From Eukaryota sp. GEM-RC1 (lineage: Eukaryota), in contig JAUFOQ010000003.1 in assembly GCA_040285855.1 (NCBI GenBank), forward strand, positions 2,170,001 to 2,234,000: DNA of 64,000 nt, in the 5' to 3' direction. The stretch's first letter is position 1. Each line of letters starts with the position of its first letter. The position numbers were made by a program, and so were the translations under genes. The notes under the pieces are model-generated. The model worked only from the letters and a program-made list of their open reading frames with translations, was not told the origin of the DNA and did not search any database. Of this stretch, positions 13,233 to 24,443 are shown piece after piece.

Positions 13233-16200
13233 ATGAGTTCTTTCCAGAAGGAGTCTGAAGTTTCTCACATCACTGCAAGTTTTGGACTACGTAATGTGTC
13301 TATCTTGCAAAGGGCGGAACAAAGGGATTCGCACTCTTTCGAGCAATATCATCAGATGTCTCACGCTTCAATTTCTGTGCCAACTTGTTATTACTATTGG
13401 AGATATTGCAGATTATCGGTCTCGTACTCAATCGCTACAATTTCCCGCTGTGGGACTCCCTATTTGACATGAGATTCGTTCATTGGCTTACTGTTCCACT
13501 GACCTCTAGTGAGTTTAATATTCGATTATGGTCACTGTACGTTGCTACAGTTGTCACAATTGCTGTGTTTTTCACCTCCCTCACAATATTCCTTGCTTTT
13601 GGTCAGGAACATCTGGAATACTCACTCAAACTGGTTTTTGTTAAAGCCTTGTTTCATCTCGTATGCACACTCTTTTATATACCACTAACATCCGTTATCT
13701 TATCCTTGATCTTCTGTTCTCCTCAAATTGATGACGTTTCTCTCAACTTTCGAACCCTTTTCGATGAATCAAACTGTTGGGGAATTCAGTCCATTTTAAT
13801 TCGAACTTCTCTTCTATTACTCGGAGTCTTGCTCTTCTGTTGTGTTCTCAGCTATAGCCTGTGTTGCTATGATGGTAATCCATGTTCTAAAAGACCCTTT
13901 GCTAGAGCACACTCTCATGTCCAATTCTGGTTGTTTCTCTCTAAATCTGTTCTACTTCTCATCTTCTACTTTCTTCCCTTTCGTCCTTGGCTCTTTCGAA
14001 CTGTCTATCTTTTCTGTTCTCTCTTTATTCCCTTTCTTGTTGTAACACGACTTCCCTTCTATAAATCTAATTCGAATCTCAAGTATGTCATCTTTTTTAT
14101 CACTTTGGACTGCCACATCTTTTTGCTATTTGATTAATCTTCTCTACGTCTCTAATCACGTCACTCAGTCAAATCAAGGCACTGTCGTGTTGGCCATGTG
14201 GACTTTGTTTGTTGTTTTGTTTTCAATCATTTTTTATCTGATTTGTAAGAATTCAATTAATCGTTACTACTCCCGACCCTCTTCAAAGACTCCCACCTAT
14301 GTACCCTCCTCCAATCTTCCCCAACACTCTTTGTCCGTTGGAGTGTTAGATATGGATGAATCTGATACTGATTGGTCAGAGAAGCAACTTCCCAGTATTG
14401 AAACAACCACTATGGCAGATTCTTCAATCAAACTGCCGCCAATTTATCATGTTTGGCAAGTTGAGCTCTTCACACGATTTCTTCAGCCAAAACCACTCAA
14501 AGCCTCACCAGAAGATAAAGATTTGGCATTTTTAATTTTTGATTATATTGGTGATCGATTCAGTGAACATGTAGAAACTTTGCTGTCAAAAATTAATTTT
14601 GAAATATTTATCAGAGAAAATCATTTGGCAGTGGTTGCTATCAAATCACTAATCAATGGACTTGATTGTGACCTTAATCTACGTCATCGATATCTTCTTC
14701 ACTATTACCAACTCTGTGCAGACAACTTAAGAAGACGGACAAACACCGGCACTGAAGCAGCTGATGCTAAGTCATCTATTGCACTTCAACAAAACATTCG
14801 AGAAGCAAAGGAATTACACAAGGATTGTCTTGAATGCCTCATTCAGTTCTGGAACAGTTTGGCTGTGGATAATGCTCATATAGCTAAACTGCCTTCAATT
14901 ACTGACAAACTTCGAAATTTAAAAGCGTCTGCTGATGTCATTTTTAAATCTCTATTGAGTTCTTTTCCCGATAGTCGTGAAGTTCTCTCAGTCTATGCTA
15001 AGTATATTCGTGAGATTAACATGGATGAAGAAACAGCTAAGCTAATTGAAGATTCTATTGAGATGCAATCATCAATTGGCAGTGAAGGAACAGGATCACA
15101 TGCTCCTTCTCAAGCTTTCAGTGCTGATTACTCTACTGCACTTTCCAGGGCTTCTAAGGGAGGGCGGAGAAAACGAAAAAGGAAGAGTAGATTGTCATTG
15201 GAAGTAGGAAAAGAGGACCAGTCTCATCAGCATGTTGAGAGACTTTCTAGAATTATGTTTATTTCTTTCACTTTGGTTGCTGTTGTTACTGTTATTTCCT
15301 TTGTTTTCTTTAGTAACACTCTGAATGACGTGTCCAATAGAGCTCAACAATTGATTGAGGGTAGTCATATCTTGGTTATGTCTAACAAGATAGTCGCTGA
15401 AGCTCAGCTTTACAGTCACTACTTTGAAAATGGTGACCAATTTAAGAAACAAATTCTGGAAGATTCTGAACATATTGGTATTTTTCTTTCTTTATTTTCT
15501 AATCTCAGGTTACCATGCACGAAGAGTTTTTATGGGTTCTGATTCACTTACCAAACCAAGTTCTTATATTTGTCCTAGAGTTAATGAGGCTCCCTTGAAT
15601 GAAATCCATGACGACATAATCATGGACTTCATTAGAAATCCCAGCCTGGTTTCAATGATCTATCGTAACACTAATCCCCCAGTTAGTCAGACTAAAGTTC
15701 TCAATTACTGGGAAACAGTTCTGAGTTATAGTATTGCTGCAGTTGATTTTGTCACGTCATATGATGGAGAAAATCTTTCTAGAAATAATTATTTTAATTA
15801 TTTACTTCAAAATAGAAGAACAATGATCAGAGGAGGACATGCCTTTTGGTCTAGAATTTTAGAAGCTTCTGCTGATTTCTTCTATGTCACACGTTTAATT
15901 TCTATTGTTTCCTTTGTTATTGTTTTAGGTTGCTTAATAGTTATCGGAGTGTTTGGATTTCACAGAATTATTCTTTCAATCTCTGTAGATCGACAAGGAG
16001 TTTTAAACCTTTTCCTATGGGTGCCAAAGGACACGTGTGCTCGTATTGTTTCTGACCTTCAGTCACGCTTTAAATCTTCTGGTGCAGTTCATTATGAAGA
16101 TAGTGAAAATGACTTCGATGAACTTGCCTCTAATCATTCTAATAGCGATGCTGATGAGCGTTTTCATCCAACGGATGATGCAACTGTTGCGCTAGTTATT

Positions 16201-18636
16201 GATCATGATGATCACGTTGAGCAATCAAATACTGTTGAGCTCAAAGACAAGTTTTTATTGTTAGGTTTAAGTTTTTCTATGTTTATCTTGGTGTCAGTTA
16301 TGGTAGTTGTCTTCATGAGCTATTCTTCCAATCAAGATGAGCTCTTTCTCAACATCAATGAGAATTTTGAACTTGATGTTGTGGCAGGCGATTTGATTGT
16401 CATGGATTTCATTCTCACTTCTCGAACTTTTTCTTTTATTGCTACTGGTGATCTCTTTTGGTATCAAAGTTATTGGGGCTTTGTGGAATCTGGTCGAAGG
16501 CGAGCTTTAGCTGATCACTTTTATTTTTCTTCACGTGTTTCTCCTAGTGTTAAAGATCAGCTGGCCTCCACTCATGAGTTTACTAATATTTTATCTCATT
16601 ACCATCGTGTCAGTCAATCACTTGCCAGTCAAGTATTCAATCACACTCGTGATGACGTGTCTTATGTTTATGATTATCAATATGATATTCAAAGTGAGCA
16701 ATCTATCAATTATGAACGTGTTGAATATGACGGTTACTCTAATTGGTATACTAATCACACTTACGATTCATCACTTTCCTCTTCCGGAAAATATGTTATC
16801 GCAAAAGAAACTGTGAGCTCTTCGAGATATCACAATCACCTTGATTCAATAGTCAATGTTTTGTTACAAACATCTACTCTGATACATTCTGAGTTGGATG
16901 ACGAATCAGATAGATTATTCACTAATCAACGACTTTTACTTACCGTATTTGTTATTCTTGCAGTAATGTTCTTGACTTGTACAGGAATCCTTGTAATAAA
17001 GTTCTTGAATCGTTTTCCTTCAAGTAAAGTTTCATTATTAATTTTACTTGCAGTACCAGTACTTGTATTGTTGATTATTCTGTTTTCTGGTCTTTATGCC
17101 AGAAAAGTTCTTTCTAATTGGGATGAAACTGATTCAATCACAGAGGACGTATTATCTCAAGTGTCCACGTGTAAGTTTCTGTTTGCAAAGTTGCGGTATT
17201 TGTCTGATAGATTCATTTTATCAGGCAATTTCAACACTACAGAGAGTATAGAAATGCTAGACAACAACTACTTGATTCCATTGGAGAGTTAGTATCAATG
17301 TTTTCTAAATTTGACGATTCTCCACTTGCAAGTTCCCTTTCAAAACTTCAAGATACATTCACCAATGTTTTCGATGACTTTGATAAGGTTTTCCGTGTTC
17401 AAGACATTTCCCTTGTATTAGCTTGTAGCCACTACGACATTCCTTCTTCTCTTACTCCTGAACTAGATGATATTGACTGGGATATAGCCACTGAGGAAAA
17501 CAGTCATCAGAAGATTATTCAACAGCACAGAATTCCACTGAGTCACCGTTATACCAACAAAACCTTTGACCTATCTCGATCTCCTTCTGACCAACTTCTT
17601 CTTGCTCAACATTTAACTTTGGGCAGATCCTTTCTCCCAACCCTATCTCATGCCCTTAACTACTATTTAGTGGATTCAGTAAACGAATTTGTTTCTTCTA
17701 GTGTAGCATTTCTACAGTCTCTTAGAAATCCCAGGTTAGTATTTATTTCTCAGGTGTTATTGCTTATTGCCACTTGTTTTACTGTGATTGTGATTCTATA
17801 TATTTTAATGGTTTTATCCCCCAGAAAGAAAGCTGCTTCCCATGTCAAAGAGATCGTTAAACTTGTTCTAATCAACAAGTTCCACAATCAATCAATTGTA
17901 GCTCTTATTTGCATGGCTATTGGTATCGCTGTATTCTTTATTATTGCTATTTATGCCACGTTTTCTCTCCAACCTTGGCCTGGACAACTTCAATTAGCTG
18001 GAGAACGAGCAACATTACCGTATATAATCTCAGGAAGGGTTCTGCAAGCTGCCATGAATCCCAATGCTCGAGAAGAAAGTTGTACAAGATTGATAATGAG
18101 ATCGGAACAATTACTAAATACTCACAACGAATTGCTATATCGTACAAATTCACCTTTTTGAACTCTGTTGCTGGTCGTTTTGCTCCTCACAATGAGCTTG
18201 TGTTTAACACAAATTTTAATATTTTGAGCTACAACACCACTGTTTTGCAACGATTTGGTCTCAACTTTTTGCTTCATCGCTTCGTTTCTCTTCTTACTCC
18301 CTTGATGTTACAGGAAACAGCTGTTTCTTGGGATGTTGAGTCGCCACATATTCAAGAAACAATTCAAGTTAGCCATGTTTTAGCTTCACTTTCTCTTGAT
18401 TCCATTGATCTTCTGCAAGAAGAACTTCAAGAAACTGTCAGGTTTTATAGAATCTCAATTATACTGTCAATGGTTCTAGTATTTTTGATTTCAGTTTTGA
18501 TTTATTTTTTTCTTTTCGAAAGATGTTGAACACCTTAAGAGAGGAAGAAGAAATAAGTTTGCAGTTGATTTCAATGATTCCTCAAACTATTATTGAATCC
18601 AACTCTATTATTCAACAATTTGTTGCCACCAATTAG
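13233..18636 (+). CDS. TmcB/TmcC-like multi-pass membrane protein, paralogue B; intron at 15478-15508; ~5 single-base indels
   Basis: Collinear with and in long stretches nearly identical to paralogue A. The frameshifts at ~13322, ~14095 and ~17238 are single-base differences from A in homopolymers. C-terminus 'LREEEEISLQLISMIPQTIIESNSIIQQFVATN*'. Confidence 0.7.
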
Positions 18637-19349
18637 CTACGGAATGTTTATTGCGTTTTGTATTATAAATTATTGAAATTTTGATAACCATCACATGTCA
18701 ACTCCGGTTACCTCATACCTTTCACCTTCTTTCAATTGACATCATTCAATGAGGAAAACAACATTTTGTTCACTAGACAGAGTTTAATATAACAATAAGA
18801 TCTCTCTTTTGGATGTATCACGAATGGAGGATTCAACATCCAATGATATAGAACTCCGTTGTCCTATGTCGGGAAAACTCAATTCTTCTTGAACAACGAT
18901 TTGCATCAAATGGAAACAAATCTTAATTATTGCAAAGGATGGCAATTCTGTTAGTGAGATTGCTTCGTTGTATCAAACAAATTTCGTTTCAGCGGTTTCA
19001 GAGGGCAAAAACGGTTTTCCCAGGCTTTTCTGTAGTAGGATCAGGTACACTTGTCATCATTACAGCAACCATCACCATCAGATTTCATATTTGTAGAGCG
19101 AAGTTGAATATATTAATAAAGCAACAGTCAGTTTTTTTTCCAATTTATTTTTATTGTCAGCAACAGTCTGGTAGTACAATGTCTCATAGAAACACACGTC
19201 TTCGACTTTAGAACCAGATTGATAAACATGTGAATTATTTTGTTGAGTGAAATCTACTACCATTGAAATCAAACGGTGACGAAACGATGCTATGTATCTG
19301 ATTCACAAACCCAACCTATAATCATTTTGAGAGTGGAAGGAATTAGTTA

Positions 19350-20535
19350 ATACAGTAGGATTTATTATCAATGCACTGACGTATTGCATTTGCAAAACGT
19401 AATAAATAACTAAGAAACAATAACTAAAGTATCTGAACAGATGATCCTTCTGTCCTTTTGTTAGTGTCATGACTCATCAGGATTTCTACCCCTAAATAAA
19501 TTCACTTTTCTCTAATCCTATGAATGTAAGACCAACACTTTACAATACAACTTATCGGAAATCGAATTAAAATATATATGCATGGAACGAAGCAGTGATG
19601 TCGTTAAACTACTCAACCAATAATTCTCATTGAAAATTATACCATACTCAGAACACAACTTTCCAAAAGAAGTTAAAAAAACATGGGCAGCTGGTCCAAC
19701 ATTACAGAATAATAACATCGCAAATGGTGAAAAACAAAAGAATTGTACCTGTCAGTATTCAGCAGGGGTGGGAAAACAATATCGCAATAAATATAAATAT
19801 TTTTTAGCCACAAAATAAATATTGCAATTCTGAAATAGTGCCAATAAATATTGCAATATTGCAACAATATGAATCATGTTATGTATTTATTACAAATAAC
19901 TCACATATTCTATTGTTCATCATCATCAGAAATATCCGAAATAATCTCAATACCATTGTCTACATCTTCGAATTTGTATTTTGTACTGCTCATGATATGT
20001 CTTAAAGTAGCTTCATCCCAAAAGTCACTGTTCTCCTTCATCATTATTTGCATTTCGAGACGGGAGGGCATCAGAGAAAATCACTTCAGCGGAAAGAGGT
20101 CAATTTTACTTCAGTAAACACTCGAACTGAGCTCAAATGACAGACAGTATGACAATACACCAACTAAAAATAATTACCGATAAATCAACTCTCACTATAT
20201 GTAAACACATAAGACAACAAAAATGGTTTTGGAAGTCCAAATGGTGATGCAAAGCAACGAAATGAACAACTCGAAGTGTATTGACCAATATTGCAATATT
20301 GCAATAATTAACCGGTGTAACAATAAATATTGCTCCACCTCAAAGAGCGGAAATAAATATTGGAGCAATATTGTTTCCCATACCTGGTATTTAGTTGTGT
20401 AATTATACGACAGTACATTGTATTACTTGCTTTTCCAGCTACTCCAAGGGTAGAACAATTTTCATCAAATTTTTTAGAAACTGATCTTGAATGACAAGGA
20501 TCAACTGTGGAGAAATCTATAATTATGTCGTGACA
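19350..20535 (-). mobile_element. RLE non-LTR 3' fragment interrupted by a hAT MITE
   Basis: 'IIDFSTVDPC' at ~20490-20525 continues after the MITE as 'FVF.PFA...NVGPAA..FLTSFGKLCSEYG..FNEN.WLS'. Same family as 58492-58801. Confidence 0.6.
19763..20386. mobile_element. hAT-type non-autonomous element (MITE)
   Basis: Imperfect TIRs CAGGGGTGGGAAAACAATAT / ATATTGTTTCCCATACCTG. 8-bp TSD GTATTCAG / GTATTTAG (7/8). Subterminal ATATTGCA repeats at both ends. Confidence 0.8.
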
Positions 20536-21008
20536 AGATAACTACTAGTATGTACAAATTGAAACATTTATTATTAAGGAAAAGTATTCGTGTACAGTGA
20601 ACGCTAACACGTAACACGCGTGTTAACACGTGTTAGGAATTTTCACTGATTTCTAACAAATGAAATTGAATTCTAGTATTTATGTTTATTTTAGTGTTTT
20701 TGTTCCATTACAAATACACTGCTCATGTACCCCTTTTGAATAAAATTGGAAATCTTACCCCCATCACTACGGTAACGTCATCAGGGGAACGTCGATTAAA
20801 AGAACAACTCACTTTGGACCGTTCCTCAGATATTATGTGTTCTTGTATTAGTTTACTTAGGGAGTCCACGTTCTTCTTCAAAAAGAATGTTTGCATTTAT
20901 TAAACATCATAAAAAACAGCTGCAATTTATCTTACACACGTGAAACAAATTTGCGACAAAGCACTAATCAATTTAACATTTTAGAATCATTGACACTACG
21001 CAATAGAA

Positions 21009-21629
21009 CTAAACATAACTCCATGAAGAGAATCGTTTTCTTGAACGACAACCACGAGAATCTCGACTTCCACTACAACAACTATACATTTCCTCGTTGT
21101 TATCTAAAAGCAAAACCCCATCATGATAGTACTGGCAGGAAGAACAAGGTAAATCAGATTTTGACTTAGACCGAGTGGAATCATCTCCAGTGTGGTTCTT
21201 TGGATGAACCCTTGAAACAAGGAAATTGGACCATTTTTTAGTCCTGGTAGTCATAACAGCATTTTGGTTGCTGGACAAATAACGAGAAGAATTAGAGAAA
21301 GCCTTCTGACAGATGGATTCATAATCCTTCTTAGCAACAGAGGTTGAGAGATTAAAAGAAGCGTTAGTGGATTCTGGAAGATCATCAACAGAAACACGTT
21401 GATTAACCACAGGTACAGAGTCCAAACGGTTCGGTGTAAGTAGTCTCTTGTCAAACTCTAGTTTTGATCGGGGTTTAGGAATGTACTGTGTTTTGTTGGA
21501 CAACTGGGAATGTGAACGGAAAGCTAGAGGGGGTTTCAGAGAATCAAACTGGAGAATTGAGGTGGATTTGGTGCAGTGTTTATTCTTATAACAATGGGTA
21601 CTTAAGTTGAAAGAGGGTTGGGCAGACAT
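21009..21629 (-). CDS. Hypothetical Ser-rich protein
   Basis: Open frame of about 206 aa from ATG (MSAQPSF). No recognisable domain. Confidence 0.45.
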   Translation of the reverse strand: MSAQPSFNLSTHCYKNKHCTKSTSILQFDSLKPPLAFRSHSQLSNKTQYIPKPRSKLEFDKRLLTPNRLDSVPVVNQRVSVDDLPESTNASFNLSTSVAKKDYESICQKAFSNSSRYLSSNQNAVMTTRTKKWSNFLVSRVHPKNHTGDDSTRSKSKSDLPCSSCQYYHDGVLLLDNNEEMYSCCSGSRDSRGCRSRKRFSSWSYV

Positions 21630-21667
21630 CAGTCTAGATTGATGTGTCAAATGCACAGTTATTCCAG

Positions 21668-21910
21668 AAAAAAAAACGGGGTTTATGATCAGTCAGTGAA
21701 ATAAATGCATTTGCAGCAGATAATAACTAACAGACACTAACTAAAGTATCTAAACTATGATCCTTCTGTCCATCACCGAACAACTTACCTAAAATTGAAT
21801 TAAAATATGTGCATTGAACGAAACAACGCAACGTTAACCTACTCAATCAAAAATTTTCATTGACACCTTTACCACACTCAGAACACAATTTACCAAAGGA
21901 AGTTAAAAAA
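21668..21910 (-). mobile_element. RLE non-LTR 3'-end copy with oligo(T) terminus
   Basis: High identity to 44667-44890 and 58492-58801. Ends ...CATAAACCCCG-T9 in element sense. Confidence 0.75.
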
Positions 21911-22320
21911 TGAGGATGAAATGAAAATGAGCATTTCCGGATAGGATCTACTATCATCAAAATGGGGTCATTTCTGCGAATTTGACTCAAATTACAGAGT
22001 TCTTGAAGAAGGGTAAATTATCGGCTTGGGTCTGAACGCAATGATCTTCAGGTTTGTGGTATAACTCTGTAAATTAGAAAGTCTACATCTACAAAGTGAT
22101 GGTCTTTTAATACTAATGTACTACAGTATTAGAAGTAGGCTTGGATCCCAAGTTTTATTATTTGTTTGACCTTCACCAGTCAGAACCAGATGTGTTAAAA
22201 ATACATTTATATAAATTAAAATATAATAATATAATGTGTTTGAGTTCCTCTTTGAAGAATATTCCGTTCTATTTTCCCAATTTAGTCGAAGCTATCATGC
22301 TTCTGGGTAATCGTATTGGT

Positions 22321-22956
22321 TAGGGTTGGGCAAAAATCCACTCGAGTTCTACTCCAAGACTCCAAACTCCACTTCACTCCACTTCACTCCAAATTTTGAC
22401 GAGTTGGAGTCGAGTTGGAGTGAAACTTGCTATTTCATTAGCATTCCTATGTAAGTACTGTACATAACTTGCAAAAAACACCTATATAAAAAGGAGTTAC
22501 ACTGTTTGTAGTAACCGAAGATTAAAAAGAAATAAACTTATCCACGCTTCCGTTTAAAAAGGCCAAAAAGTTAAAACTATCGTCCTACTAGACCTGTTCA
22601 AACTTCTTACCAAATTCTGAACAATGTTTTTGAAATGACTTCTGAAACTGTTTTTAGTAACCACTGAAATTTTCATAAAATATTAGAAAGGTTCATTGTG
22701 ATGACATCATCACGGTGGATATCTAACAGTGTTTGCTTTAGTGTGAATCGAAACACATTGAGTGACCGTTGTGTATACCTGGAAGAAGTGCCAAAAGCGG
22801 CAAATGAGAGCAATTTTATATTAAGACAATTTAACAAGTTTGTGTCAAGAGAAGTCTACAATGGACTTGGGTTGGAGTGAAGTGAAGTTGGAGTGAAGTT
22901 CACTTTTAATATATATTGTTTGGAGTGAAGTCAAGTTGGAGTTCGCACCATCCCTA
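22321..22956. mobile_element. hAT-type MITE
   Basis: TIRs TAGGGTTGGGC / GCACCATCCCTA. Perfect 8-bp TSD GTATTGGT (22313-22320 and 22957-22964). Subterminal ACTCC/GGAGT repeats at both ends. Confidence 0.88.
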
Positions 22957-23276
22957 GTATTGGTAATAGCCAGAAAATTCTTCTGAAATTGGATCAGTCA
23001 TAGGAAATAATATATGAAATACTCACTGGTGAGCCCAGATCGTGTAAAAATATGCTCTGACGTATGGGTTTGTTTCCTGCCGAATTGCTCGACAATTCTG
23101 AATGGTGAATGGAGACATCGTCGTGATGCGACTTTTGGAGAAATCAATTGCCCCAAAGTTATTCAATTCTGTTCTTCATAATGCTGTCAGAGATGATACA
23201 TTGGAAATGTTTAAAGAACATGGATTTCATACCAAAGACGAACCCTCTTCCAGTAAGTTCGGCCTGTATTTATTAG

Positions 23277-23473
23277 TATATGTTACCACTAAGCTAATAG
23301 CGCTATTAGCTTAGTGGTAACAAAAGGTTTGCTGGTGCCCTTCGTCGGGTCTTTCTTACGCTACCAGCTTAGCTCTACCTCCAGGAAATAGCTCACCTCT
23401 GTGTGGTCCATGTTTTAGGACATACTATTACTTGCTCGACCTCACCCGGCTATTAGCTTAGTGGTAACATATA
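23277..23473. mobile_element. Small TIR element with an extra inverted TIR copy forming a perfect 42-bp palindrome
   Basis: TATA-TGTTACCACTAAGCTAATAGC at the left end and its reverse complement at 23449-23473. 23281-23322 is a perfect palindrome. It lies in a + strand RLE fragment (LHNAVRD...KDEP at ~23170-23245). Confidence 0.7.
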
Positions 23474-24443
23474 ATTCTGGTCAAGGTGACTTAGATATTC
23501 CCCTTATTCCAGTTACAGTAGCAGTGATGTTACAGCATTAGATCGATGTGCTCAAACTTATGTTAACAGCATCTTATCACTTCAATAGGTTTGAACCACC
23601 TGGAAACAGTCGAAAAACGAAAGTAGGTCTCCAGTCCAATGATGTTGAATAAATGAAACATAAATACTTGCTCTTGGGAAGCGCAAACATAATTCGACTA
23701 TTTCATACAGAATCAGCAACAATCTTTCAATTAGAACGGGATACAGGATAAAATCACAAAATGACTTTCATCAGGTTTCATTAATATTACCAAGAATTGA
23801 AATTGCAAATGACAATTATTGTTTCACATTCTCGAGCCAGGGAATGTCAAAAATGTATTGCAAAGAGCAATAAGTGCAATTAAGAGTATCGCAGTATTAC
23901 AATAGTATATTGCAGCTTTATTTTGGAGTGCAATTTAAGCAATGATTTCAGTTTTAAACAATACTTATGATCAATATTGTTTTCCTGTTATTAAGTGGAA
24001 TTTGCATCAAAGTAATTAGTTATTGGTTGGAAGTTGGTTCTAATTGGAAGTCCTTGCTTTTTTATTTCTAACAATTGTCATTCAATCTATTCATCTTTGG
24101 ATCAGCTGTGTTTTAATCTTTTACTGGATGGGCATGAAGTCGTTTGGATTCACTGTTAGTATTATTTGTTTGTTTTTACAGTTCCATAGTTTTGTAGTAA
24201 GTTTACCTTTTTTGCTATCGATTAAAGTGCTGTTATATAACTAATAGGATGTTTATACTAACTAAAACATGACTAATACCTTATTGCAAATCTACCAAAA
24301 CTTTGATATATAAAGTTATTGATTTGACAAAACTAAGACCAATTAGGAAACAACTCGTAAACAAGCGGAAGGAAAGGAGAGATCGATAAAATCGATTCTT
24401 TCCTCCGACACATTAAGTAGGTTTAGGGATTCAAATCAATCTT

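Noticed and set aside
18700..19330. Possible minus-strand gene
   Set aside because: Only short interrupted ORFs with no recognisable motif; at best a decayed fragment.
20600..20640. AACACG/CGTGTT repeat cluster as a transposon end
   Set aside because: I could not find a matching second end or a TSD.
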